Assembly: GCA_963745035.1 (NCBI GenBank)
Contig: CAVUVW010000014.1
Location: forward strand, 96,001-160,000
Direction: 5' to 3'
Length of the DNA: 64,000 bases
DNA from: an uncultured delta proteobacterium
GTDB lineage: Bacteria; Desulfobacterota; Binatia; UBA9968
The notes beneath the pieces are model-generated. The model was not told where the DNA came from and did no database searches. It worked only from the letters and a program-made list of their open reading frames with translations. The translations under genes and the position numbers were made by a program. The first letter of the stretch is position 1, and every line of letters begins with the position of its first letter. This document shows positions 10,105 to 31,247 of this stretch, one piece after another.

Positions 10105-11862
10105 GTGTCTACTCCTGAACGAACAATGGAGGTCGAAACCAACCTTTCGACCTCCTGGAGCCGATCGCGGATCGGCGCTTTCCTCAGCCAGCCTGTCAGT
10201 TGGGTGTTCCTCATCGTCGGCGGCATCATCGCTTTTTTAAGTCTGTACCCGACTTTTTTTCTTTTCTACGGCAGCCTCACCGACGCGCCGTTGGGCCTCC
10301 CCGGCAAATTTACCCTGGAAAACTACGTGCGCGCCTACAGCGACCCTGAAGCTTATCCGTTGCTGCTGAACTCGTTTATCTTTGGTTTTGGCTCGTCCGG
10401 CCTATCGATCTTATTCGCGCTTACCTTGGCGTGGATTACGATTCGCACCAACGCGCCATTTCGCCGCTTGTTCGAGCTCACTGCGATCATACCGAACATC
10501 CTGCCGCCTATCCTCGTGTCGATTTCCTGGGTCATGTTGCTGAACCCGAGCAACGGGCTGATCAACGGCGCGATCGTAAGGGTGTTCGGCTTGGAAAAAG
10601 GACCGTTCAATATCTACTCGATGGCGGGTCTGATTTTCGTCGAAGCCCTGATCTTGACGCCGCTGGCTTTCTTGATCATCGCGGCGGCGATGAAGAGCAT
10701 GGATCCGTCTCTCGAAGAGTCGGCGAAGACGCTCGGGTCCAATGAATTCGGCGTGATGCGCCGGATCACGTTTCCGCTTCTCCGCCCGGCAATACTCGCG
10801 GCCGGCACTTTGAATTTCGTCCGTGCCGTGGAAAGCTTCGACACACCCGCCATAATCGCTTTGCCGGCGCGCATCGAGGTCTTCACGACCAAGATCTGGC
10901 GCGAAGCGTTGGGGTCGTTCCCCACCAATCATAACTTGGCCGCCGCTTACGGCGTGGGCATTCTGGGGATTGCGCTGATTTTCGTTTATCTCTACCGCCG
11001 CTTTACCGCTCAAGTCGAAAGTTTCTCCACGGTCACCGGCAAGGGGTTTCGTCCCCATCAAATCGACCTCGGACAGTGGCGCTTCGCCGCCTCAGGCGTG
11101 GCATTGCTGCTCCTCGTGATGCTGGTGGTTTTGCCGATTTTGGTTCTCACCTTGGTCGCGATCCTACCTTACTATCATGTGCCGACGTGGCAGACCTGGC
11201 AGAATCTGACTCTCGATCACTTCCGCTATGTCTGGGCGACGCCGCGCGTTCATAAAGCTTTCATGAACAGTCTTTTTCTTGCGTTGATCGGCGCCACCGC
11301 CTGCATGGTTCTCGCTTCCTTGGCCTCCTACATCACGGTGCGGACGAAGATCGCAGGCAGGGGTATCATCGAGGGGCTGGTGTTCATTCCCTGGGCGTTT
11401 CCGGGAACCGCCATGGCGCTGGGGCTGCTCTGGGCCTACGTGGATTTTCCGATTCCGATTTACGCCACGATCTGGATTATTCTCATCGCCTACGTCACCC
11501 GCTTTCTTCCCTATGGCTTGCGCGCCGTAACCAGCACGATCATCCAGGTGCACAAGGAGTTGGAGGAAGCGTCCGTGGTCTGCGGCGCCGGGTTTCTCGC
11601 GACTTTTCGCCGCGTATTGATCCCGATGATGCGCCCGGGCGTCATGGCCGGCTGGATCATTCTTGTGACGATCTTCATGCGCGAATTCAGCGCCACTTTG
11701 TTTCTCTACAGTCCCGGCGCCGAGCCGCTCGGGCCCCTGCTCTATTTTCTTTATCTCGACGGCATGCGCGGACGGGTCGCCGCCATCGGACTCGTGATCT
11801 CAGTCATTTCGGTTATTTTAATAGCTATCGCGCAGCGCTACTCACGCTGGGACACCAATTAG
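10105..11862 (+). CDS. ABC transporter permease, FbpB/ThiP-like (two BPD domains)
   Basis: Two EAA loops (DPSLEESAKTLG; HKELEEASVVCGA), many transmembrane segments. Confidence 0.9.
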   Translation: MSTPERTMEVETNLSTSWSRSRIGAFLSQPVSWVFLIVGGIIAFLSLYPTFFLFYGSLTDAPLGLPGKFTLENYVRAYSDPEAYPLLLNSFIFGFGSSGLSILFALTLAWITIRTNAPFRRLFELTAIIPNILPPILVSISWVMLLNPSNGLINGAIVRVFGLEKGPFNIYSMAGLIFVEALILTPLAFLIIAAAMKSMDPSLEESAKTLGSNEFGVMRRITFPLLRPAILAAGTLNFVRAVESFDTPAIIALPARIEVFTTKIWREALGSFPTNHNLAAAYGVGILGIALIFVYLYRRFTAQVESFSTVTGKGFRPHQIDLGQWRFAASGVALLLLVMLVVLPILVLTLVAILPYYHVPTWQTWQNLTLDHFRYVWATPRVHKAFMNSLFLALIGATACMVLASLASYITVRTKIAGRGIIEGLVFIPWAFPGTAMALGLLWAYVDFPIPIYATIWIILIAYVTRFLPYGLRAVTSTIIQVHKELEEASVVCGAGFLATFRRVLIPMMRPGVMAGWIILVTIFMREFSATLFLYSPGAEPLGPLLYFLYLDGMRGRVAAIGLVISVISVILIAIAQRYSRWDTN

Positions 11863-11952
11863 CCGAAGATCGAGGATCGAGAATAGAGGATCGCACCCAA
11901 CGCCATCCTCAACCTGAATTAGAAGTTCTCCGGGATTTCTTGTAAAGAAGTA

Positions 11953-12039
11953 TTCACCGCAGAGGCACAGAGTTCGCAGAGTTCGGACTAATTCTTTATC
12001 AAAAACTCTTTACTCCGCGTCCTCCGCGCCTCCGCGGTG
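11953..12039. repeat. REP-like palindromic element, family TTCACCGC(A/G)GAG...CTC(C/T)GCG..TCCGCGGTG
   Basis: ttcaccgcagaggcacagagttcgcagag ... ctccgcgtcctccgcgcctccgcggtg; further copies near 15783-16008, 16446-16535, 16553-16626, 28358-28445 and a half copy at 29740-29759. Confidence 0.8.
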
Positions 12040-12078
12040 CAATCTCCGAAGACACGAATTGGAAAAGGAGAAACCTAA

Positions 12079-13072
12079 GTGGAAAAATTATTTCTAACCG
12101 TCGCCTGCGGCGACTACGACCGCACCAAGCCTCTTCAGGACGGCTCGGTGGAGCCGGAAGGAATCAAACTCAACTACATGCCAATGCAGTCCGAAGAGAT
12201 ATTTTGGCGCATGGGCCACTACCGGGAATTCGACGTCTCGGAGATGTCCTTATCGAACCACATCACCATGCTCGGCCAAGGGAACTCGCCCTTCGTGGGC
12301 ATTCCCATCTTCCCTTCACGATTCTTCAGACACTCTTCGATCTATTACAATGTCGCATCGGGAATAAAAAAACCGGAGGATTTCAAAGGCAAAAGGGTCG
12401 GCACTCCGGAATTTGCGATGACGGCGGGCGTCTGGATTCGCGGCTTTTTAAAAGACGACTACGGCGTCCGCCCGCAGGATATGAAGTGGTTTCTCGGCGG
12501 TCAGGTGGAACCCGGCCGGAAGGAGCGCGTGAAACTCGACCTTCCCCCGGAAATGAGCGTCCAGTCTATCCCGGACGACAAAACTCTCAACGGCATGCTG
12601 GAGAGCGGTGAGATCGATGCGCTGATTTCCGCCCGCAGTCCTGCCGGGCTAGGCGACGGCTCAGGTAAAGTGCAACGGCTGTTTCCCAACTACAAGGACG
12701 TGGAAATCGATTATTACAAGCGCACCAAGATTTTTCCCATCATGCATATCCTGGTGATTCGCAAGGACGTGTATGAAGCCCATCCGTGGATTGCGCGGAG
12801 CCTGTACAAAGCGTTCTGCTGAAGCCAAGGATCGCGCATTTCAGACCATGCATATTTCCAACGCCCACGCCTGCACGCTGCCGTGGCTCTCCTGGGAAAG
12901 AGAGCAGCTCAGGGAAATCTTCGGCCCCGATTGGTGGCCCTACGGCATCGAGCCCAACCGCCACGTGCTCGAAGCGTTGCTCCGCTATTTGCAGGAGCAG
13001 GGATTGCTAAAAAGACCCTTGAAGGTCGAAGACATATTCGCCCCGAGCGCGATCGGAGAGTTCAAACTTTAA
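12079..13072 (+). CDS. 4,5-dihydroxyphthalate decarboxylase-like protein (periplasmic-binding fold), one-base frameshift near 12820
   Basis: ACGDYDRT, EIFWRM, EFDVSEMSLS, PSRFFRHS, GEIDAL, IFPIMH, DWWPYGIEPN. Confidence 0.85.
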
Positions 13073-13073
13073 T

Positions 13074-13230
13074 AGGCAAGAGGCATGAGGCAACAGGCAA
13101 TAGTCTTGGATAAAGAAGCCTTTTTTTTCCATCGTCGGCGCGCCGGTTGGTTTCCCCTCCCTTGCTATTGCCTGTTGCCTAGTGCCTAATGCCTTCCCGC
13201 TCACGCCTCGCGCCTCATGCCTCGCGCCTA
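13074..13230. repeat. Inverted heptamer repeat array (AGGCAAN / NTTGCCT)
   Basis: aggcaagaggcatgaggcaacaggcaatag ... ctattgcctgttgcctagtgcctaatgcct...cgcctcgcgcctcatgcctcgcgcct. Confidence 0.75.
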
Positions 13231-13623
13231 ATCCGCTCCGCCCGCGTCGCTCATCTGGCCACGGCAGACGCGCACGGCCAGCCGCACGTCGTTCCCATCT
13301 GCTTCATCTTCGACGGCAAGAATTTTTATTCGCCGATCGACGAGAAACCGAAGCGCGTCACCGCGTCGAAGCTGAAACGGCTCAGAAACATCCGGGAGAA
13401 TCCCCAAGTCGCGCTGGTCATCGACCGCTATGACGAGAATTGGGCCAAGCTTGCGTACATTCTCATAACTGGCAGAGCTCGATTATTGGCAAGCGGTTCC
13501 AAACACCGCAAGGCGGTGAATCACCTTCGCAGAAAATATTCGCAGTACCGGAGAATGAGTATCGATCGGTTGCCGATGATATTGATTCGACCGACGCGTA
13601 TGACGACCTGGGGCGCGATGTAG
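13189..13623 (+). CDS. PPOX-class (pyridoxamine-phosphate oxidase-like), probably F420-dependent oxidoreductase, Rv0121-like
   Basis: ARVAHLATAD, PHVVPICF, SPIDEKPK, LKRLRNIRENPQVALVIDRYDENW, LRRKYSQY. Confidence 0.85.
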   Translation: MPSRSRLAPHASRLIRSARVAHLATADAHGQPHVVPICFIFDGKNFYSPIDEKPKRVTASKLKRLRNIRENPQVALVIDRYDENWAKLAYILITGRARLLASGSKHRKAVNHLRRKYSQYRRMSIDRLPMILIRPTRMTTWGAM

Positions 13624-13627
13624 ACAG

Positions 13628-14971
13628 CTAGCCGCCAATCCCCAGTGATTTTAAAAGTCTAAACAAATATTTTTCGTGCAGGCCGAGCGCCCTCGCCGCC
13701 GCCGCGCGATTACCATGAGAGCGCTCGAGAGCCGCCAGAACCAACTCCCGGCGGTAATATTCCATGGCGTCACGATAGGACCGTCCGTCCAGCGACGGAC
13801 GGACGGCGGTTGCGACGATCCTGGACGGTAAATCCTTTATTGCCAGTAGCGGTCCGTTGCCCAGCACCACGGCCCTTTCGATGACATTGCCCAACTCGCG
13901 CACGTTGCCCGGCCAATCATAGGAACACAGCCGCCGCACGGCATCACTTGCAATCTCCGTGTGGTGCTTTTTTGCCTCTTTGGCGTAGCGGTCCATGAAA
14001 TAGTTCGCCAAGATCGGAATGTCTTCGGCTCGTTCTCTTAATGGAGCGAGCGTGATGGGCACGACGTTGAGACGATGATAAAGATCCTCGCGGAAGCGGC
14101 CGTCTTTGATCGCGCCCTCCAAGTCACGGTTGGTCGCAGCAATAATCCTGACGTCAACCTTGATCGGCCTGACGCCGCCGACCCTATCGAATTCTCGCTC
14201 TTGTAGAAATCTTAGCAGCTTGGTCTGCAACTCCTGGGAAACGTCGCCAATCTCGTCAAGAAACACCGTGCCGCCGTTGGCCAGCTCCATCTTGCCTTTT
14301 TTTTGTTGATCCGCCCCCGTGAAGGCGCCCTTCTCATGGCCGAACAGCTCGCTCTCGAGAAGCTCCTTGGACAGCCCCACGCAGTTGATGGCGACGAACG
14401 GTTGATCTTTCCTTTCGCTCCAGTTGTGAATGGCGCGCGCGAAGACTTCCTTCCCCGTGCCGCTCTCTCCGAGCAGCAGCACCGTGGCCTTGCTCGCCGC
14501 CGCCTTCCTCGCGGTTTCGACGGCTTCTTTCATTTTTTGGCTCGTGCCGATGATCAACCGATAGCGGCTGTCGGTTTCTTCCGAGAGCAGATCCAAACCC
14601 CGCTTCAATCCTTCGCGCTCCAAAGCTTTGCGCACCACGATATCGAAGTGTTGCGCGTCGATCGGTTTGGTGATGAAGTCGTGGGCGCCCACTTTCATCG
14701 CCTCTACCGCGGTTGCGATCGAGCCGTGCGCGGTAATCACGATCGTCGTAACGTCGAGGCCTTCCCCGCGCAGCGCGCGCAGCACTTCCATGCCGCCCAT
14801 CCGGGGCATCTCCAAATCCAGCAAAACAAGGTCCGCCGAATCCTTGCGGATCGCGGTCAGAGCCTGCTCGCCATTGCCGGCGGTGGCCACATCGCATTCC
14901 AGCGGCCGCAGCCGCACCTCAAGGAGACGGCGCGAAGCAGGGTCGTCATCGACAATCAGCACTCTGTTCAT
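13628..14971 (-). CDS. Sigma54-dependent response regulator (NtrC/AtoC family: REC-AAA+-Fis HTH)
   Basis: VLIVDDD, GESGTGKE, ESELFGHEKGAFTGA, FLDEIG, FREDLYHRLNV, WPGNVREL, GNRAAAARALG. Confidence 0.95.
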   Translation of the reverse strand: MNRVLIVDDDPASRRLLEVRLRPLECDVATAGNGEQALTAIRKDSADLVLLDLEMPRMGGMEVLRALRGEGLDVTTIVITAHGSIATAVEAMKVGAHDFITKPIDAQHFDIVVRKALEREGLKRGLDLLSEETDSRYRLIIGTSQKMKEAVETARKAAASKATVLLLGESGTGKEVFARAIHNWSERKDQPFVAINCVGLSKELLESELFGHEKGAFTGADQQKKGKMELANGGTVFLDEIGDVSQELQTKLLRFLQEREFDRVGGVRPIKVDVRIIAATNRDLEGAIKDGRFREDLYHRLNVVPITLAPLRERAEDIPILANYFMDRYAKEAKKHHTEIASDAVRRLCSYDWPGNVRELGNVIERAVVLGNGPLLAIKDLPSRIVATAVRPSLDGRSYRDAMEYYRRELVLAALERSHGNRAAAARALGLHEKYLFRLLKSLGIGG

Positions 14972-14989
14972 CTGGAAAACCTGATGCTT

Positions 14990-15436
14990 TTAAGCTGAAT
15001 CACCGGCTGTAAAAATCGGTTCAAAACCTTGTGCTTCGGCGGCTTCGCAGAGGCGGCTGTCAGCGCAGACAAATGCCCAACGATGACTTGGACTGGTGCG
15101 GGCGAGGAGCAACGCCGAAGCAAGATGAATCGCGTCCGCAGAGCGAAGAGGATGGCGGTAAAGCAACTGGCGGGCGAGCCGAAGGACCGTTTCGCTCAGT
15201 ACGACGATATCGTAGCTTTCCCAGTCTTTGTCGAAGCGCAGGGCTAGCCGCCTGCTCGTTTCACGGGTCAACCGGCCTTCGCGGCTCCGTCTGCCAAACG
15301 CCGCATGCGTCTCCGCATAGGTGAGACTCGCCGTATATACCTTATCGCCGGTTTTCAGAAGCTCCAATACGATTTTAGAACCCGCCTCCTGAAGATACTG
15401 CTTAACCAGCGCGCTGGTGTCAAAGTATCGCACCAC
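14990..15436 (-). CDS. vapC: Type II toxin, VapC/PIN domain
   Basis: YFDTSALVK, LTYAE, LRSADAIHLASAL, ADSRL; GGAGG RBS before GTG 15436; overlaps the antitoxin. Confidence 0.88.
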   Translation of the reverse strand: MVRYFDTSALVKQYLQEAGSKIVLELLKTGDKVYTASLTYAETHAAFGRRSREGRLTRETSRRLALRFDKDWESYDIVVLSETVLRLARQLLYRHPLRSADAIHLASALLLARTSPSHRWAFVCADSRLCEAAEAQGFEPIFTAGDSA

Positions 15437-15704
15437 GATCCTCCAATACGGCCTCCGAAATCCGCGCATTTCGCACTTTCAGCGCACGCCTGAGCGGTTT
15501 TGGCCTATGCTTGGAGGGCCTAATCAAACCCTTTTCCACCAACGAGTTTAACGCTTCTTCGGCCTCCCTGCCCTGCGCTCGAATCGGGATTACCTTTGCG
15601 ACTGGACGATTGCGCACCGTGACCGTGAGGCTGTCTCCCGCTTCAACAGCGCGCAGATAACGAGCTAGTTGCGTCTTCAGTTGTCTCATTCCTACGTATT
15701 TCAT
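15420..15704 (-). CDS. Type II antitoxin, Phd/YefM family
   Basis: VGMRQLKTQLARYLRAVEAGDSLTVTVRNRPVAKVIP. Confidence 0.88.
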   Translation of the reverse strand: MKYVGMRQLKTQLARYLRAVEAGDSLTVTVRNRPVAKVIPIRAQGREAEEALNSLVEKGLIRPSKHRPKPLRRALKVRNARISEAVLEDRGAIL

Positions 15705-15782
15705 GTGGTCACATTGTTGAACGTTGTGGTCCCTAAGTCACCCGCGGTCGCCCGTGAAGCATCGCCTCCGCCGATCTGTTAT

Positions 15783-16010
15783 TCAACACAGAGACGCAGC
15801 ATAGAAAAGTTCAAAACGTTCAAGCCGTTCAACCGCTGCGCTCAGTTCACCCCCCCACCCCGGATCACGTCCGGGGCAGGCTCTCTTTCCTCTCCCGCGT
15901 CCCGGGGGGCGGATGAAGCAGGGGAATTACCTTTGCGTCTTTGCGCCTTTCCGGGAGAACATCTCGTATCAAACCTCTTAACTCTGCGTCCTCGGCGCCT
16001 CAGCGGTGAC
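15783..16010. repeat. Mosaic of several REP-like repeat fragments
   Basis: GTTCAA tandem units, cccggatcacgtccggg palindrome, cctctcccgcg...gggg, ctttgcgtctttgcgccttt, ctctgcgtcctcggcgcctcagcggtga. Confidence 0.6.
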
Positions 16011-16017
16011 TCCGTTC

Positions 16018-16407
16018 CTAATCTTCGATCTTCGCCTTGTTCCCCACATGCGCCGCGACTTCTTGGATGAACATGGTCTTGTCGATAGGCTTGGTGACAT
16101 AGCCGGCGCAGCCGGCGGCCAGCGCCCTTTCCTTGTCCCCTTTCATGGCGAAGGAAGTAACGGCGATAACCGGGATAGCCGCGGTCGCCGGTTGCTCCTT
16201 AAGTTTCCTGGTAATTTCCAGACCGTCCATTCCGGGGAGTTGAATGTCCATTACGATCAGATCCGGCCGCTCTTTCTCGACCATCTCGAACGCCGCCGCC
16301 CCCGTGCTCGCCTCGCGCACCTGGTAGCCGTGCGAGCGCAGCAAGAAACCCGCAAGACGCCGATTCACCTCATTGTCTTCAACCAACAAAATTTTCTTTT
16401 CATTCAT
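16018..16407 (-). CDS. Single-domain response regulator (DivK/CheY-like)
   Basis: ILLVEDNEVN, DLIVMDIQLPGMDG, IAVTSFAMKGD, YVTKPID. Confidence 0.92.
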   Translation of the reverse strand: MNEKKILLVEDNEVNRRLAGFLLRSHGYQVREASTGAAAFEMVEKERPDLIVMDIQLPGMDGLEITRKLKEQPATAAIPVIAVTSFAMKGDKERALAAGCAGYVTKPIDKTMFIQEVAAHVGNKAKIED

Positions 16408-16419
16408 AAAGATTTTTTC

Positions 16420-16728
16420 CCGCAAAGGCGCAAAGACGCTAAGTTTTCACCGCAGAGACACGGAGTTCACAGAGGTCGGATAATGTCTTCATTTAAAAAT
16501 CTCTTCACTCTGCGTTCTCTGCGCCTCCGCGGTGATGATATCCGAATTCCTATTCACCGCAGAGACGCAGAGTTCGCAGAGGTTATTAATTTTCTTGCCT
16601 CCGCGACCTCGGCGCCTCCGCGGTGAGAATATTCTTAACATCCCCTACCTTTGCGCCTTCGCGCCTTTGCGAGAGATAATCTTTCTCCGGACTCCCCAAT
16701 CCAAAATCCAAAATCGCAAATCCAAAAT

Positions 16729-16730
<2 letters not shown>
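16420..16730. repeat. Nested palindromic repeats: outer CGCAAAGGCGCAAAG/CTTTGCGCC arms enclosing two TTCACCGCAGAG-family hairpins, followed by AATCCAA heptamers
   Basis: Outer arms 16421-16440 and 16649-16672; inner elements 16446-16535 and 16553-16626; aatccaaaatccaaaatcgcaaatccaaaat near 16698-16728. Confidence 0.8.
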
Positions 16731-28258
<11,528 letters not shown>

Positions 28259-28479
28259 AACAACTACCCCAGATTTGGTCGCTACCATCGACCCCGCCCA
28301 CCGAATCCAATCAAATTAAGGTTCTTCAGGCTTTCGTATGAAATAGAACTCGGAAATTTCACCGCCGAGGCGCGGAGCGCGCAGAGAAAATAGTATAAAT
28401 TTCATCGCTTGAACAAAGTCTCTGCGAACTCGGCGTCTCTGTGGAATCCGCTTCACAACGATCCCAGAAAAACCGAAAT

Positions 28480-29724
28480 CAAGAGACTCGCTCCACCTTC
28501 CGTTTTGTCTCGCGCCGATCTGCTCCGCCAAAAAAGCCGCGTTTTCCGCCGATCCGCCAAAAGATAGAAAGCCTGATTTCTGTTTGTGGAGCCAGCGCAA
28601 TCCGAGAAAATAGATTCCCGGAAATTGCGTGACGCCACACTCGCCTAAAGGCTCCCTGCGCTCGTCGAGAAGCGGTAGTTTTAACCAATCGTAGTCGTTG
28701 TCGAATCCGTTGCCCAGATGATCGAAGTAATTCCCGCGGACCTGAGATCCAATTCCAGAATCGGCGCCGATGCGCTGCCTTAGCCTGGGGGGTGACTCCG
28801 CTGGGAGATCCAATTTGTTTTTGGCGACGTAGTCGTCCACCGCTTTCTTGAAGTTGGCGAGCCACTCGTCTCCTTTGGCGAGGTTGTCTTCCAAGTCGGG
28901 AGCCAAAGCGAGTGTAGCTCCCTTGACGGCTTTTAACCGGCCCAACAACACGATTCCCTTTGAAGCCAATCCCGCCAGTCGGCCTCGTAGCCGCCATTGA
29001 CGCCGGTCAACAAGGGACCGCGGCGGCTGAAAGATCGCTGGCGACTCCGCTCGCCGGCGCTCAAACATTCCCAACTCGACCCCCCACCATGCGTAGTCGC
29101 GACCGCGGTAGCGTCGCGCGAGGCGCCGATGGCGACCCATGCAGACGTAGACTTGTCGACCATGTTGATGAAGGTCTTCAGCGATTTGAAAGCCCGATGC
29201 CCACTTCCCACGACCAGTACGGCCCCTGGCGGCAATTCACCGGCATTGCGGTATGCGCTCGAATGCAGCTGGCGGATATCATTCGGCACCTCGGAACTGA
29301 ACGGTGGAATGACACCCTTTTCGCGCTGTCCGGTGGCAATGACCACATTGCTGGCTTCAATGGCGCCTGTGTTCGTGCGCAGCAGATAGGGCATCGAATT
29401 TGACGAGTTCTCCAACGCGGTGACGCCGACGCCGCTCCTCACTGGGGCTTTTATGAAATCGGCGTATTCTTGAATGAATCGAACGATTTCCCGGCCCGGG
29501 ACAAAGCCGTCGGGATCTTCAGTTTGATATTTGTAGCCGGGTAGCTCGATGGTCCAGTTGGGAAATTGAAAATGGAACGAGTCCCACCGTTCGCTGATCC
29601 AGCGCTCACCCACCCGTCCCCGCTCGACAATCACATGTTCGAGACCGCGTTCACTGAGAAAATAACTCATCGTCAGGCCGGCGTGGCCAGCGCCGATGAT
29701 GACTGTATCGATCTTTTCGTTCAC
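28480..29724 (-). CDS. Flavin-containing monooxygenase / FAD-NAD(P)-binding flavoprotein (frameshifted; 3' end approximate)
   Basis: VIIGAGHAG, ERWDSF, VVIATG, QLHSSAYRN, VLVVGSG, GIYFLGLRWL. Confidence 0.8.
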
Positions 29725-29818
29725 AGCGATCTCCTTGCCTTCCGCGCCTCCGCGGTGAATCCGGCCGAGAGCCTATTCGACCATCAAGTTTGCGGTCAAA
29801 CGCACTTTAAGGGGACAG

Positions 29819-29835
29819 AGCAACGAGCGCACCAA
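29819..29835 (-). promoter_or_regulatory. Sigma54 (-24/-12) promoter upstream of the FMO/GAF-kinase cluster
   Basis: Minus strand TTGGTGCGCTCGTTGCT (GG-N10-GC). Confidence 0.65.
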
Positions 29836-29926
29836 TGGACACGGTCCACCAACGCAGCATTGAAGCTGCTGAATTGTCGAGGAAATCGATGGTCGAAAGG
29901 CGAAAACACAGATCGGTCAATTCAAA

Positions 29927-29978
29927 CGGTAACTTTCAGATTACCGCTAATCAGTGGCCGGTAAGAAAAAAGTTACCC
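29927..29978. promoter_or_regulatory. Pair of GGTAA-N8-TTACC palindromes (putative enhancer-binding-protein UAS)
   Basis: CGGTAACTTTCAGATTACCG (29927-29946) and CGGTAAGAAAAAAGTTACCC (29959-29978), 32 bp apart, ~90 bp upstream of the sigma54 site. Confidence 0.6.
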
Positions 29979-30181
29979 CGGGTCTGCGCGGTGTGCGTAT
30001 GAGACAAAAAGAGTGAGTTTGAACCGCGCTCTTGTGCGCGGCGGCATGAAAGCATTTTTTTGCCGTATCTCTGGACAGTGGACTAATCATAGTCATAACA
30101 GTTGACTTCGGACGGAAAGGACAAGCTTGAAAACGTATGCCTATATCTTTAATGTGTATGCATAATTGGGTGGAGGTTAGA

Positions 30182-30385
30182 ATGGCAGAGAAAGCGAGGT
30201 TGAAGCGTAAATCCTATTTTGTCGATGAGCGCGCGCTTAGCCGGGCGAAAAAAGCTCTTGGCGTCAAAACCGAAGCAGAGGTCATTCGCTTATCGGTCGA
30301 GCGTGTCGCTGAAATGGAGGAATTTTGGGAGTTTATGAAAAAAACTCGCCGGAAGCTCCGGCCTGGTAGCGTGGAGAAATCCTAA
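30182..30385 (+). CDS. Putative antitoxin (VapB/ribbon-helix-helix-like)
   Basis: KRKSYFVDERALSRAKKALGVKTEAEVIRLSV; directly upstream of a PIN gene. Confidence 0.7.
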   Translation: MAEKARLKRKSYFVDERALSRAKKALGVKTEAEVIRLSVERVAEMEEFWEFMKKTRRKLRPGSVEKS

Positions 30386-30386
30386 G

Positions 30387-30800
30387 ATGGCCGTAGCAAT
30401 TTTGGATACTAGTGTTTATATCGATCATTGGCAACTCGGCCTATACCAAGAAACTCTGGAGAATCTCAGGCGAGCTTATATTATCCGCCATTCAGCAGTC
30501 GTCCTATCAGAGCTTCGGCGCGGTGCTCGCGGGCGAGAAGCCGAGCAGCTCGTCGCCAACCTTTACGATTTGGCCACGGCCCGATGGGAACCTTCCGCAG
30601 CCGACTGGTGGGAAGCAGGCAGGCTGGTCCGAAAGATCGGTGATAAGCAGGGCTGGGACATACACAAGCGGCGAGATTTTCAAAACGATGCATTAATTGC
30701 GCTCACTGCACGACGTCACGGCGCAACCGTCGTTACTGCCAATAGTTCAGATTTCGAGCTGCTTCGATCGGAATTGCGAATTCCGGTTCTCACGGCTTGA
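30387..30800 (+). CDS. vapC: PIN domain toxin (VapC family)
   Basis: ILDTSVYID, VVLSEL, QNDALIA, TVVTANSSDF. Confidence 0.88.
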   Translation: MAVAILDTSVYIDHWQLGLYQETLENLRRAYIIRHSAVVLSELRRGARGREAEQLVANLYDLATARWEPSAADWWEAGRLVRKIGDKQGWDIHKRRDFQNDALIALTARRHGATVVTANSSDFELLRSELRIPVLTA

Positions 30801-30924
30801 AAGTGGCGCGTGGGGCGAAAAGCGAGGACAGACGCCCCGCTGCACCGGCAGAGCCAAGATTTTCCCTAGAGTACCTGCCCGAATGCGGCCTGACAGGAAC
30901 CGGACTTGACCGGGCTAATCAACC

Positions 30925-30939
30925 TGACCGTAATGGTCA
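30925..30939. promoter_or_regulatory. Palindromic operator TGACC-N5-GGTCA, probable TA autoregulation site
   Basis: tgaccgtaatggtca just upstream of the Phd antitoxin start. Confidence 0.45.
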
Positions 30940-30956
30940 CATTGAGGGATTCTCAA

Positions 30957-31247
30957 ATGAAGATCGCAACCGTATCGAAGCTAAAAGCATCGCTCAGCGA
31001 GTATCTCAGAGAAGTGAAGGCAGGCGAAGAGGTTTTGGTAACCGAACGGGGGCGGGCAATCGCGAAGCTCACCCCGGCGGAAAGCTCGGCCACCTTGCCG
31101 CAACATCTTGCCGAGATGGAAAAGCAGGGTTTGATAAAGGTTGGGAGTGCCAAATTGCCAAAGGATTTTTGGAATCTTCCTCGTCCAAAGGATTCCAAGG
31201 GCCTGGTCCTAAAGTCACTATTGCAGGAGAGGGAGGAAGGGCGGTGA
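30957..31247 (+). CDS. Phd/YefM family antitoxin
   Basis: MKIATVSKLKASLSEYLREVKAGEEVLVTERGRAIAKL. Confidence 0.9.
   Translation: MKIATVSKLKASLSEYLREVKAGEEVLVTERGRAIAKLTPAESSATLPQHLAEMEKQGLIKVGSAKLPKDFWNLPRPKDSKGLVLKSLLQEREEGR

Noticed and set aside
12815-12825. TGA after Cys as possible selenocysteine or readthrough
   Set aside because: The continuation is in another frame; one extra base explains it, so it is probably a sequencing indel.
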